Source of the DNA: Trichodesmium erythraeum IMS101
Lineage (GTDB): Bacteria; Cyanobacteriota; Cyanobacteriia; Cyanobacteriales; Microcoleaceae
Direction: 5' to 3'
DNA: 32,000 nucleotides
NCBI RefSeq assembly: GCF_000014265.1
Contig: NC_008312.1
Span: 660,001 to 692,000 of the forward strand
Within the stretch, counting starts at the first letter, position 1. Every line of letters starts with the position of its first letter. Positions 18,523-27,516 of the stretch are shown here, piece by piece. A program made the translations under genes and the position numbers. The notes under the pieces were generated by a model. That model was not told where the DNA came from. It searched no databases and was given only the letters and a program-made list of their open reading frames with translations.

Positions 18523-20279
18523 GTTAAACTAAGCAAACCCATTTCCGGCTGCCCTTTATAGAGTCTGCTCGTCTTCAAAACCGTGCGTGAGACTTTCACC
18601 TCACACGGCTCCTCTCCTAAACGTCCCAATTCAAGGGCACATCCTTAAAATTCCACCTAAGACCTCATGAGTCCTAATAATTTACTGCTTTTAAATCCTC
18701 AGCAGTCTTAGAGTCGTGGCAATGTTGGTGCAATACCTATTTATTCTTATAGGTATTATCACCACCCTTAGACTTAGGAAAAACCCGGTCAACCTTGATT
18801 TATACCTTGGTCTAAAGTGTATTCCACACCATGCGCATTTACCTTTTTGCCATTTTAACACAATTGTAACTTCCTTTCTTACACCTGGGTATGTACCGAT
18901 TTTGCTAGTCCAATAAGTCCAGTCACCATCTAATAGTGATTTCTTACCTTTAACTTTGATGTGCCTTGTAATAGGTACATCTGAGTATTGGTTTAGTATA
19001 TATTCCCCCCTTTTAATAATCCAATTGTTATTCTAAATTTTGGGGAAATACTCTTATTTAACCCATTTGTCTAACTTATTTGGATGCCAACAACCCTGCC
19101 CATTGACCTAATCTCTGTCATAAAAGCACCTTCATTTTATCAAAGAGCTTTTTACTGACTACAAACGTGCATCCCTCAAAAGGTAACCTACCTAGTTTCA
19201 CCAGTACTTGTAAGACCCTATCGTACATCAAACAGGATGCCTAATGGACATTTTTTATCTTTACCTGGCTTTGGTATCGGTGACTCTAGAGTTGGACTTA
19301 CTTTGAGATAACCTGATGCAAGTAGGTCTATCAGGTTGAATTGTTGAATCTGTAGTAGATTTTTAATACCATCTACACCCACAGCCTTCTAACCGGGTTA
19401 ACTGTGTCACCCGTTTAACAGCCAGCAACAAGGCGTAATAACTTGTGCTCAGAAGTCTTTGGCATTTACACTTTCAATGGAATATCGCCACGGCTGGATG
19501 CTCTGTAAATTAACTTTTGCAACTTAAATACATTCTTCAGGACCCGTCTCCAATAAATGTCTATCAATTTAAGGTTAGGATTAACACTTACTTGATTCAG
19601 TATATCATCTGTATTCCATGCCACACTTAAAAATGCTCTAAAGTTTCCTAGCTTCCTTTTTAGTGTTTTAGCCTTGTTCATCGCTAATTGTTACCCTACA
19701 TTACGTTTAACAGTGAGTACGTCTGCATAGATATGCTTCTTACTCAATCCTACTCTCTCTAAGACCTGCGTCCATTTGCGCAGATTGACCTTGAATGGCT
19801 TCCTAAGTTCTCGACCTATATTCTTAGGTGTCATAAAGAGGTTTCCTCGTTCCCTTATACCTTTATTACGGTTGATTTAGTGGGGTAAATTCTCCCGGAG
19901 GGTTCAACATGGTTGTTAATAATCTTCCACATATAAGATTATTCAAAGACCCCCTGACTTTCGTCCTAAACTCCTTAGCTACCTTTGAAGTTGTTATTAG
20001 TTACGAGAGTTTAATTACCTTCCTATTCGTCCACTTGTCAGCCTTTGCTAAAAGTCTCACTCATTTGGTAGTTAGAGCTTTGACCCCATTTAGGCCAGCT
20101 TTAGGGATTGATGTTCAGTCTCTACCCTATGGCCTATGCTGTCAACCCAACAACGGGGCGGATGGAATTTCACCATCAAGGACATAAGAGTTTTCTAGGC
20201 CGATGTTTCAAATCATTTCTTAACCTAGAAGGCTTGCTATACCTGCTTTTAGCAGTTTTTACTAGCCAACGAGTCGCAC
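18523..20279 (-). mobile_element. Group II intron 2 of nrdJ (1757 nt), a paralog of intron 3 with a decayed ORF
   Basis: The 5' end GTGCGACTCGTTGGC matches intron 3 over the first 15 nt. Domain I is about 85% identical to intron 3 by eye. Domain V is GAGCCGTGTGAGGTGAAAGTCTCACGCACGGTTT (about 18578-18611). The 3' end ..GCTTAGTTTAAC| is identical to intron 3. Confidence 0.85.
18674..19681 (-). pseudogene. Remnant of the intron 2-encoded RT/maturase
   Basis: The N-terminal 71 aa (MNKAKTLKRKLGNFRAFLSVAWNTDD...LQKLIYRASSRGD) parallel the intron 3 ORF. After that the frame is broken by stops and frameshifts, and most of RT blocks 3-7 and X are deleted. C-terminal traces remain (..DGDWTYW.., ..CAWCG.., HCHDSKTAEDL). 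Confidence 0.8.
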
Positions 20280-20420
20280 ATGTGGTTCCAATACGGCACC
20301 CGTACCACAGCCCATCATAGCTAAGTCCATCAATAGACCGAAGGAGTACCAATCTATAATATTAGTGGACGAACAGTTATAAGCCCCCGAAAAGTTTCCC
20401 TGTTGTAAAATCCATTCTGT
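20280..20420 (-). CDS. nrdJ: nrdJ exon 2 (47 codons)
   Basis: TEWILQQGNFSGAYNCSSTNIIDWYSFGLLMDLAMMGCGTGAVLEPH. It lies between the 3' end of intron 1 (..GCTTAGGGTAAT|ACA) and the 5' end of intron 2 (CAT|GTGCG). Confidence 0.85.
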
Positions 20421-22946
20421 ATTACCCTAAGCCACCCCATCGCTGTGGTGACTCGGCTTCAGAACCGTGCATGAGACTTTCACCTCACACGGCTCCTCAA
20501 TGATTTGGCTTTTGTCATAAGTACCGTCTCGTTTGGTTTTGATGTCATGGCAGTGATTATGTAGTAATTAGTAATTTCTGTAGTTATCTTTACTGTTTTC
20601 CTAAACTTACCCAAGCTTACACATACATGATTACACAAGCTTTGGTAGCTAAGTTTCTATTTCACAGAAGACCAATGACAGCAGTCTGTAACTTATCTTC
20701 CCTTTCCATTACATCTTCATCTGGTGAAGTACATACTACATTCTGTATATTTTCCTGATTGTTTCTTGAGCACTTTGGCAACTTTTGTTGGTCATTCAGC
20801 ACTTTTTCCCATACGGGTAGTCCAGTAGATTAGATTTCCATCATATGGACTACTCTCTCCCTTTACCTTCACAAAGTTTTTGATCTGAAAGTCTTCGTGA
20901 TATACAAGACAGATTCTATTACCGTTTTCAATTGTTTTGAATATCCAATTGCTTTTACCTTTGGTGCCAAAATATTTTTTAATCGTCTCTTTTATCGACT
21001 TGTGATGATGTCTAGACTTACCCCATGCAATTAATTTTAAAGTTAAGAGGTGGTCAAGCTCCTTAAATGTTTTAGCACTATTAACTTTTGAGTAATAGTT
21101 ACTCCATCCAGTAATAATTGGATTTAATCCCTTGATTAAATCTATCTGAGATTTGCAAGATTTGAATTTGTCAATCTCAGAGGCTAATCTTTGATAATGA
21201 GCTTTGATTTCCTCTTTACTTGGCATTATGTAGGTTTTGTATCCTAATGGTTTTCCGTATGTATTTTTGCCTGTTGTATATTTTCCTACTGGATATTGAC
21301 GAATGTTAAAGCCAAGGAAATTAAAACCCGGTTCCTCTTCTCCTACCTGAATGAGTGTATGAGTTAAACGAGTTTTTTCTGGTTTGAGTTCTAGCCCCAT
21401 TCCTCTAAGAAATTCCTCTACTAAGGCTTTTGCTTTTGTAACCACATTCAAATTCGGGTGAAGTATTACAAAATGATCTGCATATCTTACCAAAGTTATT
21501 TCTTTCTCATTTTTAACCTTTTTTCCCGAAAGACTATAAGCAAATTCCTTAACAATTTTCTCCATCCCATGTAAGGCGATATTTGCCCATAACCCTGAGA
21601 TTACTTCTCCTTGGGAGATACCTTCATCCATTAGGAACCACGACTCATTGTCATATACTCCAGACTTGAGCCAAGCTTTAATCTGTCTCCTGACTTTTGG
21701 AAAGGTTCCAATTTTATCTAACAGCTTTTCGTGGTCAATATTATCAAAGCATTTGGCAATATCAGCATTCAAGACATATTTACTTTTCTGCTTTATTGCT
21801 GCTTTAATTCCTTCTACGGCATCCATACAACTTCTGCCCGGTCTGAAACCATAAATATTAGGTTCAAATTTAGCTTCCCATTCAGGTTCTATTGCCATCT
21901 TCACAAGCCCTTGCTTTGCTCTTTCAGATATTGTCAGAATTCCTAAAGGTCTTTTTTCTGTCTTCCCTGGTTTGGGAATCCATATTCTACAAGTAGATTT
22001 GGCTTTATGGCTCATTACTAAGTTATTGGCCAAGTTTACTCTTTCTTTGAGCGTTAGACTTTTCTTGCCATCAATACCCGCAGTTTTCTGACCTTTATTA
22101 TCCTGTATTACTCTGCGAGTCGCCAGCATTTTAGCCGACCAAGAATTTAACAGGGTCTTTTGCAGTTTTCTTACCGCCTTGACATCTCCCCTTTGAGCAG
22201 CTTGATAGATTCTTTTTTGCAACTTGTACACCACGCGTTTTAGTTTTCGCCAGTTCACAGGTGTCCATACCACCATCGGATTTTTCCGTGTTTTAGTCAT
22301 TATTCATTGCTATTCAAAACTCCATCTTCCAAATCATCGGGAATTTGTCTGCATATCCTATTTATTACAAATAAGCATTAGCTTCTGATTCCATCTCTTC
22401 CTGTAGTGGCATACAGTTGATACCTACTCAAAAATCGACCTTTTAGAGGGCCAATACAGGATTACTTCGTTCCGTATAACCTTTGCTTGAACATTTAGGA
22501 TGGTACTACTCGGCCGGAGACTGGAGGGCGTGACCTGATAATGGTGGTATTTTCAGGTTCCGTTTGTCTCAGTGTCTTTTGACTGCAGCGTATCAACCAT
22601 TCTTTTCGCTACTTACTGGGTTACGACCGTTCAGACATACCTTCACTTTCGTTATCCATGTGTTCTTGCTTGCTGGGATTTACCTTATGGTTCGGTATTA
22701 CCAGCGTTTATCCCCGCTTTATCCTTTGATAATCAGTCTCTAGATAGGGGAAATGCTTTCACTCCCACGCTTTGGAGGGTAGGACTTTCACCTACAAGGT
22801 TATACAGTTCTCAAGGTTCCATGGTTTGTAGGTTTGTTAAAAGATAATTAACTTTTACTACAAATCCTTTAAGCCTTGGGAGTCATCCTCGTAGTTTATT
22901 GACTTAAAGTGTCTTGTGCACTACGTTTCGACTCAACGAATCACAC
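20421..22946 (-). mobile_element. Group II intron 1 of nrdJ (2526 nt, ORF-containing, a different lineage from introns 2 and 3)
   Basis: The 5' end is GTGTGATTCG. Domain V is GAGCCGTGTGAGGTGAAAGTCTCATGCACGGTTC (about 20462-20495). Domain VI has a bulged A 7 nt from the 3' end. Removing the intron joins ..GRWLWVGG to TEWIL.. in frame. Confidence 0.85.
20792..22300 (-). CDS. Intron 1-encoded protein: RT-like / maturase, 502 aa, En domain lost
   Basis: RT blocks: TAGIDG, RPLGILTISERAKQ, YGFRPGRSCMDA, LNADIAKCFDNIDH, GISQGEVISGLWANIALHG. The RT-5 box reads YADH instead of YADD. The X domain contains LNPIITGWSNYY. The ORF ends right after SPYDGNLIYW. Confidence 0.9.
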   Translation of the reverse strand: MTKTRKNPMVVWTPVNWRKLKRVVYKLQKRIYQAAQRGDVKAVRKLQKTLLNSWSAKMLATRRVIQDNKGQKTAGIDGKKSLTLKERVNLANNLVMSHKAKSTCRIWIPKPGKTEKRPLGILTISERAKQGLVKMAIEPEWEAKFEPNIYGFRPGRSCMDAVEGIKAAIKQKSKYVLNADIAKCFDNIDHEKLLDKIGTFPKVRRQIKAWLKSGVYDNESWFLMDEGISQGEVISGLWANIALHGMEKIVKEFAYSLSGKKVKNEKEITLVRYADHFVILHPNLNVVTKAKALVEEFLRGMGLELKPEKTRLTHTLIQVGEEEPGFNFLGFNIRQYPVGKYTTGKNTYGKPLGYKTYIMPSKEEIKAHYQRLASEIDKFKSCKSQIDLIKGLNPIITGWSNYYSKVNSAKTFKELDHLLTLKLIAWGKSRHHHKSIKETIKKYFGTKGKSNWIFKTIENGNRICLVYHEDFQIKNFVKVKGESSPYDGNLIYWTTRMGKSAE

Positions 22947-23198
22947 GCCACCGACCCATAACCAACGACCAGAGGATAAGGCCTTCAGTTGGCTTTGCAT
23001 CCGATAGAGTAAGTCTGTTTCTTCCTCTGTGAGTTGGCCCAACTTTCTCAGGCCATCAATTGTGCGATCGCACACTTCTACCCAAGTCTCACGGCCAGTT
23101 TTTGTCTTACGGCTATAAGTTCTGTAAAATACTGGATTAGCAGTGGGAGCTGCTTCTGGGAACTCCCTCTGACGTATTTTTTCTACTTCTTGTACCAT
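22947..23198 (-). CDS. nrdJ: nrdJ exon 1 (84 codons)
   Basis: ATG at 23196-23198 gives MVQEVEKIRQREFPEAAPTANPVFYRTYSRK...SGRWLWVGG, a typical class II RNR N-terminus. The longer track ORF (start 23297) adds a low-complexity AT-rich leader. Confidence 0.8.
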
Positions 23199-23915
23199 AG
23201 TCAAATAGAAAATATAATTATTTTCAAAAAAAATTAACAGTCTACAATGGTAGCAATTTTTTATATATACTGTCAAACTATTGACAGATTTACTCAATTA
23301 CTATAAACCTTAAAAATTGCTAAATGGCGCTTTTAATTTTACTTTTGACTTTTAATTTATGCCATATATTTTTAACAATTTGAATAGTTATACAACCGAG
23401 AGGCTAATTGTTTAAATTAATAACTGCCATATTTTCTGGTAAACTTTCCTTGATAATTCGGGAATCATCTTGTCTTAATGTAACAGTGATAATCTAATTT
23501 CATTAATTTTTAAAATTACCAATTAATTCTAATTATTTGAGTAAATAACTTGACATATCAAAGTAAACTACTAATAAAATATATCTGTTAAAATTCAAGT
23601 CTTCCCTGATGTTAAACTGTCAGGAAATAAACTATAATAACTTATTTTAAAATTCTCCATTTTTATTTAGATTCAACTCAAAAATGTTAGTTATTTTTCC
23701 GTATCCCTAATTTTTTTTGTCTAAAATATTATCGCTTTTTTGCAAAAGAAAATATGCCATGGGCAATAATTTTTCCAGACTTTATTTCTAGTTTTTTAAT
23801 TATCACAAGCTAATTTAGTATTACTATATTTTCCCAGTATAGTAATTTTCATAAAAAGATCAGTGTCAACACAAACTATCACCATTTTTCCAACTCTAAA
23901 AATATTCATTCGACA

Positions 23916-24992
23916 TCACTTAATACTTTCCAACTTAATCCGAGGGTCTACAACTTTCAATAATAAATCTGCCAATAAATTACCAATAATTAACATTAAA
24001 GCTCCCATCATTAAACTCGCCATAACTAAATATAAATCCTGGTTTCTTACCGCTTCTAAAATTAGACTTCCTAATCCTGGCCAGTTAAAGAAATATTCAG
24101 CAATAAACGAACCACTTAACAATGAAGCAAACTCAAATCCCAATAATGTTACTAAAGGGTTAATAGCATTTCTCAAAGCATGAACATAAATCACTCTATT
24201 CTCTGGAAGACCTTTCGCTCTCGCCGTTTGAATATAATTTTGTCGCAAAACATCCAATAATTGCCCCCGCATTAACCTCTGTAAACCAGCAAAACTGGTA
24301 ATACTTAAAGCAATAGTCGGTAAAATCATATGCCAACCCATATCTAAAATTTTACCCACAAAAGAGAAGTCATCATAGTCAATACTTTGCATTCCTCCAA
24401 CTGGTAATAAAGGAGAAATATTTTGGGCTAAAAATAATAATAATAGAGCAGTAATAAAACTAGGAAAACCTTGACCAGTGTAACTAATTAATTGTAAAAA
24501 ACGGTCTAAAATACGGTTTTGATTAACTCCAGCAATAATACCAAGAGGAATAGCGATCGCCCAAGTCATGATTAAGGAAGAAATAGATAAAACTAAAGTA
24601 GCTGGTATTCTCTCCCATAATAAATCAGCTACTGGTTGCTGAAAAACAAAACTTCTGCCAAAATTTCCACTTCTAATAATTTCTCCTAACCAACGTAAAT
24701 ATTGTTCTAAAGCAGACTTATCTAACCCAAATTGTTGCTCAAGTTGTTGAATAGTTTCTTGAGATATTTGGGGATTTTGACTTAAAGTATCTAAATAATT
24801 GCCTGGAGCTAATTGAATTACAGCAAAACAAAGAGCAGATGCTAAAAATAAAGTCAAAATTGCCTGTAATAATCTCTTCAATATATAAGTAAAAATTTCA
24901 CTAGCAATTAGTTGTTTTGCCTGTGGTAATAATAAAATTAAAATTGCCTGTAATAATTTCTTCAAAATTGCTTGTAATAATTCCTTCAACAT
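23916..24992 (-). CDS. ABC transporter permease, peptide/nickel (DppB/OppB-like) family
   Basis: ILKRLLQAILTLFLASALCFAVIQLAPGNY is an OppB-type N-terminus. The EAA-loop region is YIQTARAKGLPENRVIYVHALRNAINP. There are multiple transmembrane segments. The true start is uncertain because of the 5' duplication. Confidence 0.85.
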   Translation of the reverse strand: MLKELLQAILKKLLQAILILLLPQAKQLIASEIFTYILKRLLQAILTLFLASALCFAVIQLAPGNYLDTLSQNPQISQETIQQLEQQFGLDKSALEQYLRWLGEIIRSGNFGRSFVFQQPVADLLWERIPATLVLSISSLIMTWAIAIPLGIIAGVNQNRILDRFLQLISYTGQGFPSFITALLLLFLAQNISPLLPVGGMQSIDYDDFSFVGKILDMGWHMILPTIALSITSFAGLQRLMRGQLLDVLRQNYIQTARAKGLPENRVIYVHALRNAINPLVTLLGFEFASLLSGSFIAEYFFNWPGLGSLILEAVRNQDLYLVMASLMMGALMLIIGNLLADLLLKVVDPRIKLESIK

Positions 24993-25032
24993 ATAAGTAA
25001 AAATTTCACTTGCAATTAGTTATTTTACCTGG
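24859..25032. repeat. Tandem duplication (period about 108 bp, plus a partial third copy) of the permease 5' end and leader
   Basis: ATTGCCTGTAATAATCTCTTCAATATATAAGTAAAAATTTCACTAGCAATTAGTTGTTTTGCCTG (24859-) compared with ATTGCTTGTAATAATTCCTTCAACATATAAGTAAAAATTTCACTTGCAATTAGTTATTTTACCTG (24967-). A partial copy lies at 24941-24963. Confidence 0.75.
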
Positions 25033-25182
25033 TTATACCTCAATTTTCTATCCACCAAACTAACATAAAATACATCAATATTTTCTACCAAAGATTGATA
25101 ATTGATAGGAATATCCATTCATACCAAGGATAAAGTGAGGGTCAACCCTCCCTATTGCAAAATTTACTGCTTACTAAAATGT

Positions 25183-25695
25183 CTAGTATTCAATTAAACT
25201 AATAATTGGCACTTTTGGTAATTTTTCACGGCCACCTAATTCCTTTAACTCAATAACAAAAGCAAAACCCACTAAATTACACTTTGCTTTTTCAATTAAT
25301 TGAGTTGTAGCTCCTGCAGTTCCACCCGTTGCCAGCAGATCGTCAATTACTAAAACTCTACTACCTGCTGGCATTGCATCTTGGTGTACCTCTAGACTGT
25401 CTTGGCCATACTCTAAATCATAAGAAACTGAGTAAACTTCTGCGGGTAGCTTTCCGGGTTTGCGAACTGGAATAAAGCCTACATTCAACTGATAAGCTAA
25501 AGGCATACCAAAAATAAACCCTCTGGATTCGATGCCTACTACATAGTCTGGTTTAAATTCTAAGCATTTTTCTGTCAAAATGTCAATAGTGTAATGTAGA
25601 CCATCTGTATTGCTTAAAAGAGTAGTAATATCTCGGAATATAATTCCAGATTTAGGGAAATTTGGGATTTCGCGGATTAAATTTTTTAGTTCCAT
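25183..25695 (-). CDS. apt: Adenine phosphoribosyltransferase
   Basis: 170 aa. [15 protein letters not shown], the PRPP-binding loop [16 protein letters not shown], and typical Apt length and layout. Confidence 0.92.
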   Translation of the reverse strand: MELKNLIREIPNFPKSGIIFRDITTLLSNTDGLHYTIDILTEKCLEFKPDYVVGIESRGFIFGMPLAYQLNVGFIPVRKPGKLPAEVYSVSYDLEYGQDSLEVHQDAMPAGSRVLVIDDLLATGGTAGATTQLIEKAKCNLVGFAFVIELKELGGREKLPKVPIISLIEY

Positions 25696-27516
25696 TGTTG
25701 TTCAAGTCAAAAGTCAAAATTGAAAATATATTAGATTTGTAGCAACCAATTGTAGTTGCTTAATACTATTCAGATACTAAATACTTATTAAAATCATTGG
25801 GTCAAAAACCCGGTATTTTAAAGCAAAATTTTTTTTGGGGGCACCTTCAAAATCTCCGTCACAAAAAACAACTTCTAATTTGTGACTTTGTTAAAGGTTA
25901 TATAATTATTAGAAACTCATATTCGCAATTGTATCATTAAAGAAAATCTCAGTAATAAAAGCATATCTATTTTTGGGACATACTCCCAAACTGATTAAAC
26001 CAATTAGTTAGGGTTAAATAGTAGCTCTACGATGTAGACATCGACTGATAATATCTCTAATTGTACAAATTAGTAATAGTATTTTTTAATTGAGAATCTT
26101 TAACTTCACGCTTTTTTGCAAATAAAAAGCTTGAGGTTCTCGTATTATGAATCTGTGAAGTACTCAATTACTTTCTTAATGGCCATAAAAATATAACAAT
26201 TAGTAGTATTTTGTCAAAAAGTTAACTTTTGTAATGAGACACAAGGCACGCCCCACAACTCCATTAATTTACTTATGTGTAAATAGTACTCCTTGATATC
26301 CTTCAAATTTTAATAGTGCTAATAAATATTTCAGCAAAAATTTGGCTCTGTAATTGATATTAATTGTAGCATTCAAATTACATCTAATTAATAAATTATA
26401 TTGAATAAAATTATGTTTTTTTTAAGCCAAAGGTTTATTGACTACATGACTACAATTACTGTCTTAATTTAATCTACCATGAGGTTTGATTGAATATAAT
26501 TAAGCCTGGTCTTTCCTTCACCTTTTAAGATGATTTTAAATTACTCCATTCTGCATTATTTACAGGCTTAACTAATCATTAATTAGGCATAAGTTTAACA
26601 TTTAGTTTTGAGACTAAAATAATATGATATTTTGATAATAATTGATTAGAATTTTTATTGTAAAAGTCTTTTCTAGTATTAGCTAATTTTCTATGTTTCT
26701 TAGCTGACTTAGTTTTATTTCAAGTACAGTTCTATTCTCTAGACTAAAAGTAACAAAGTAAGCATTATATTTTTTGGTAAATGATATGGTAAATGATATA
26801 TTTTAATAACAAATCTATATAATATTAATGATATTTGAATAACTACCTTGACATTACCTATTTTAGATATTTTAACTTAAAAATCGACAAAAATTTTGAC
26901 AAATAAATGCTGCTTAAACTAATCATAAATAAAGGTTTTATACTGACATTTACCATTAAATATAAGTTTGCCTAGTCTTTTACTGTTCACATCATCTTTA
27001 ATCCATTTATTAATAGCTAACTAAAATATTTTCGGTACTTATTACAATAGTTAATAATATCTTTCTTTGTACCACAGCCTATCTATTTTTAATTGAGTTA
27101 ATGATTTTTTTTTGAATATACTAAGTGAGTTAGTCTTTTAACTCTGACAAATAACAAGTTAAACTATTAAAATTAATTGAGTATCTATCTTGTTCCCACA
27201 AACCAAATCTTTGAGTTAACATGAGTAATCACTACTACTTATTAATTTAACTGTTAACTGTTAATTAACCAGATAATATAGAATATAAAAGTTTGAAAAT
27301 TGACACTCATTGTAGAATGCTAGAACCCATTCATTCTAAACTGATTCTATCATTTTCAGTGCAGACCTTCTGCTAAACACAACTAAAAACTCTGAATATA
27401 AAACTTGTAATTTCAGTGTTATTATTTAGTTTTTTTTGAGCATAGATAGTTTTTTAACTGTCTTGATATTTTTACCAAAATAGTGTAAAGAAGTATAGAA
27501 TATTGCTGTAAAAGTA

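Larger units (their letters stand above)
9642..23198 (-). other. nrdJ: Complete mosaic class II (B12-dependent) ribonucleotide reductase gene: 4 exons, 3 group II introns, 4 inteins
   Basis: Exons 252+141+306+6021 nt. Introns 2526+1757+2554 nt. Inteins 1182+1119+969+1143 nt. Extein coding is 2304 nt plus the stop, giving 768 aa. The total of 13557 nt equals the gene span. Class II motifs after conceptual splicing: AGNIRRSAGIRQG, LNPCGEIIGSNFHCNLSEI, TVQPSGTKS. Confidence 0.9.

Noticed and set aside
18523-20279. Possibility that introns 2 and 3 form a twintron (intron within intron)
   Set aside because: They are separated by a bona fide 306-nt exon encoding conserved RNR sequence (..DLSHVRPAGEPLKGFGG..). 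Each also has its own GUGCG 5' end, domain V and domain VI.
22941-23297. Long version of the nrdJ exon-1 ORF starting at 23297 (MSKSVNSL...)
   Set aside because: The first 33 codons are AT-rich, Phe/Ile/Asn/Tyr-rich sequence with no RNR similarity. The RNR-like sequence begins at the internal ATG at 23198. The ORF's last codon and stop (GTG TGA) are in fact the intron 5' end.
23199-23915. Cobalamin riboswitch upstream of the B12-dependent RNR
   Set aside because: The region is uniformly AT-rich. I saw no GC-rich B12-box-like core and no multi-stem junction. A covariance-model scan would be needed to exclude it formally.
23863-24183. 106-aa plus-strand ORF
   Set aside because: Fully antisense to the well-supported ABC permease CDS. 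No independent signals.
26777-27262. Short tandem duplications considered as a possible degenerate CRISPR or minisatellite
   Set aside because: There are only two copies each, of 7-12 nt units, with no spacer-repeat periodicity. These fit replication-slippage micro-duplications in AT-rich DNA.
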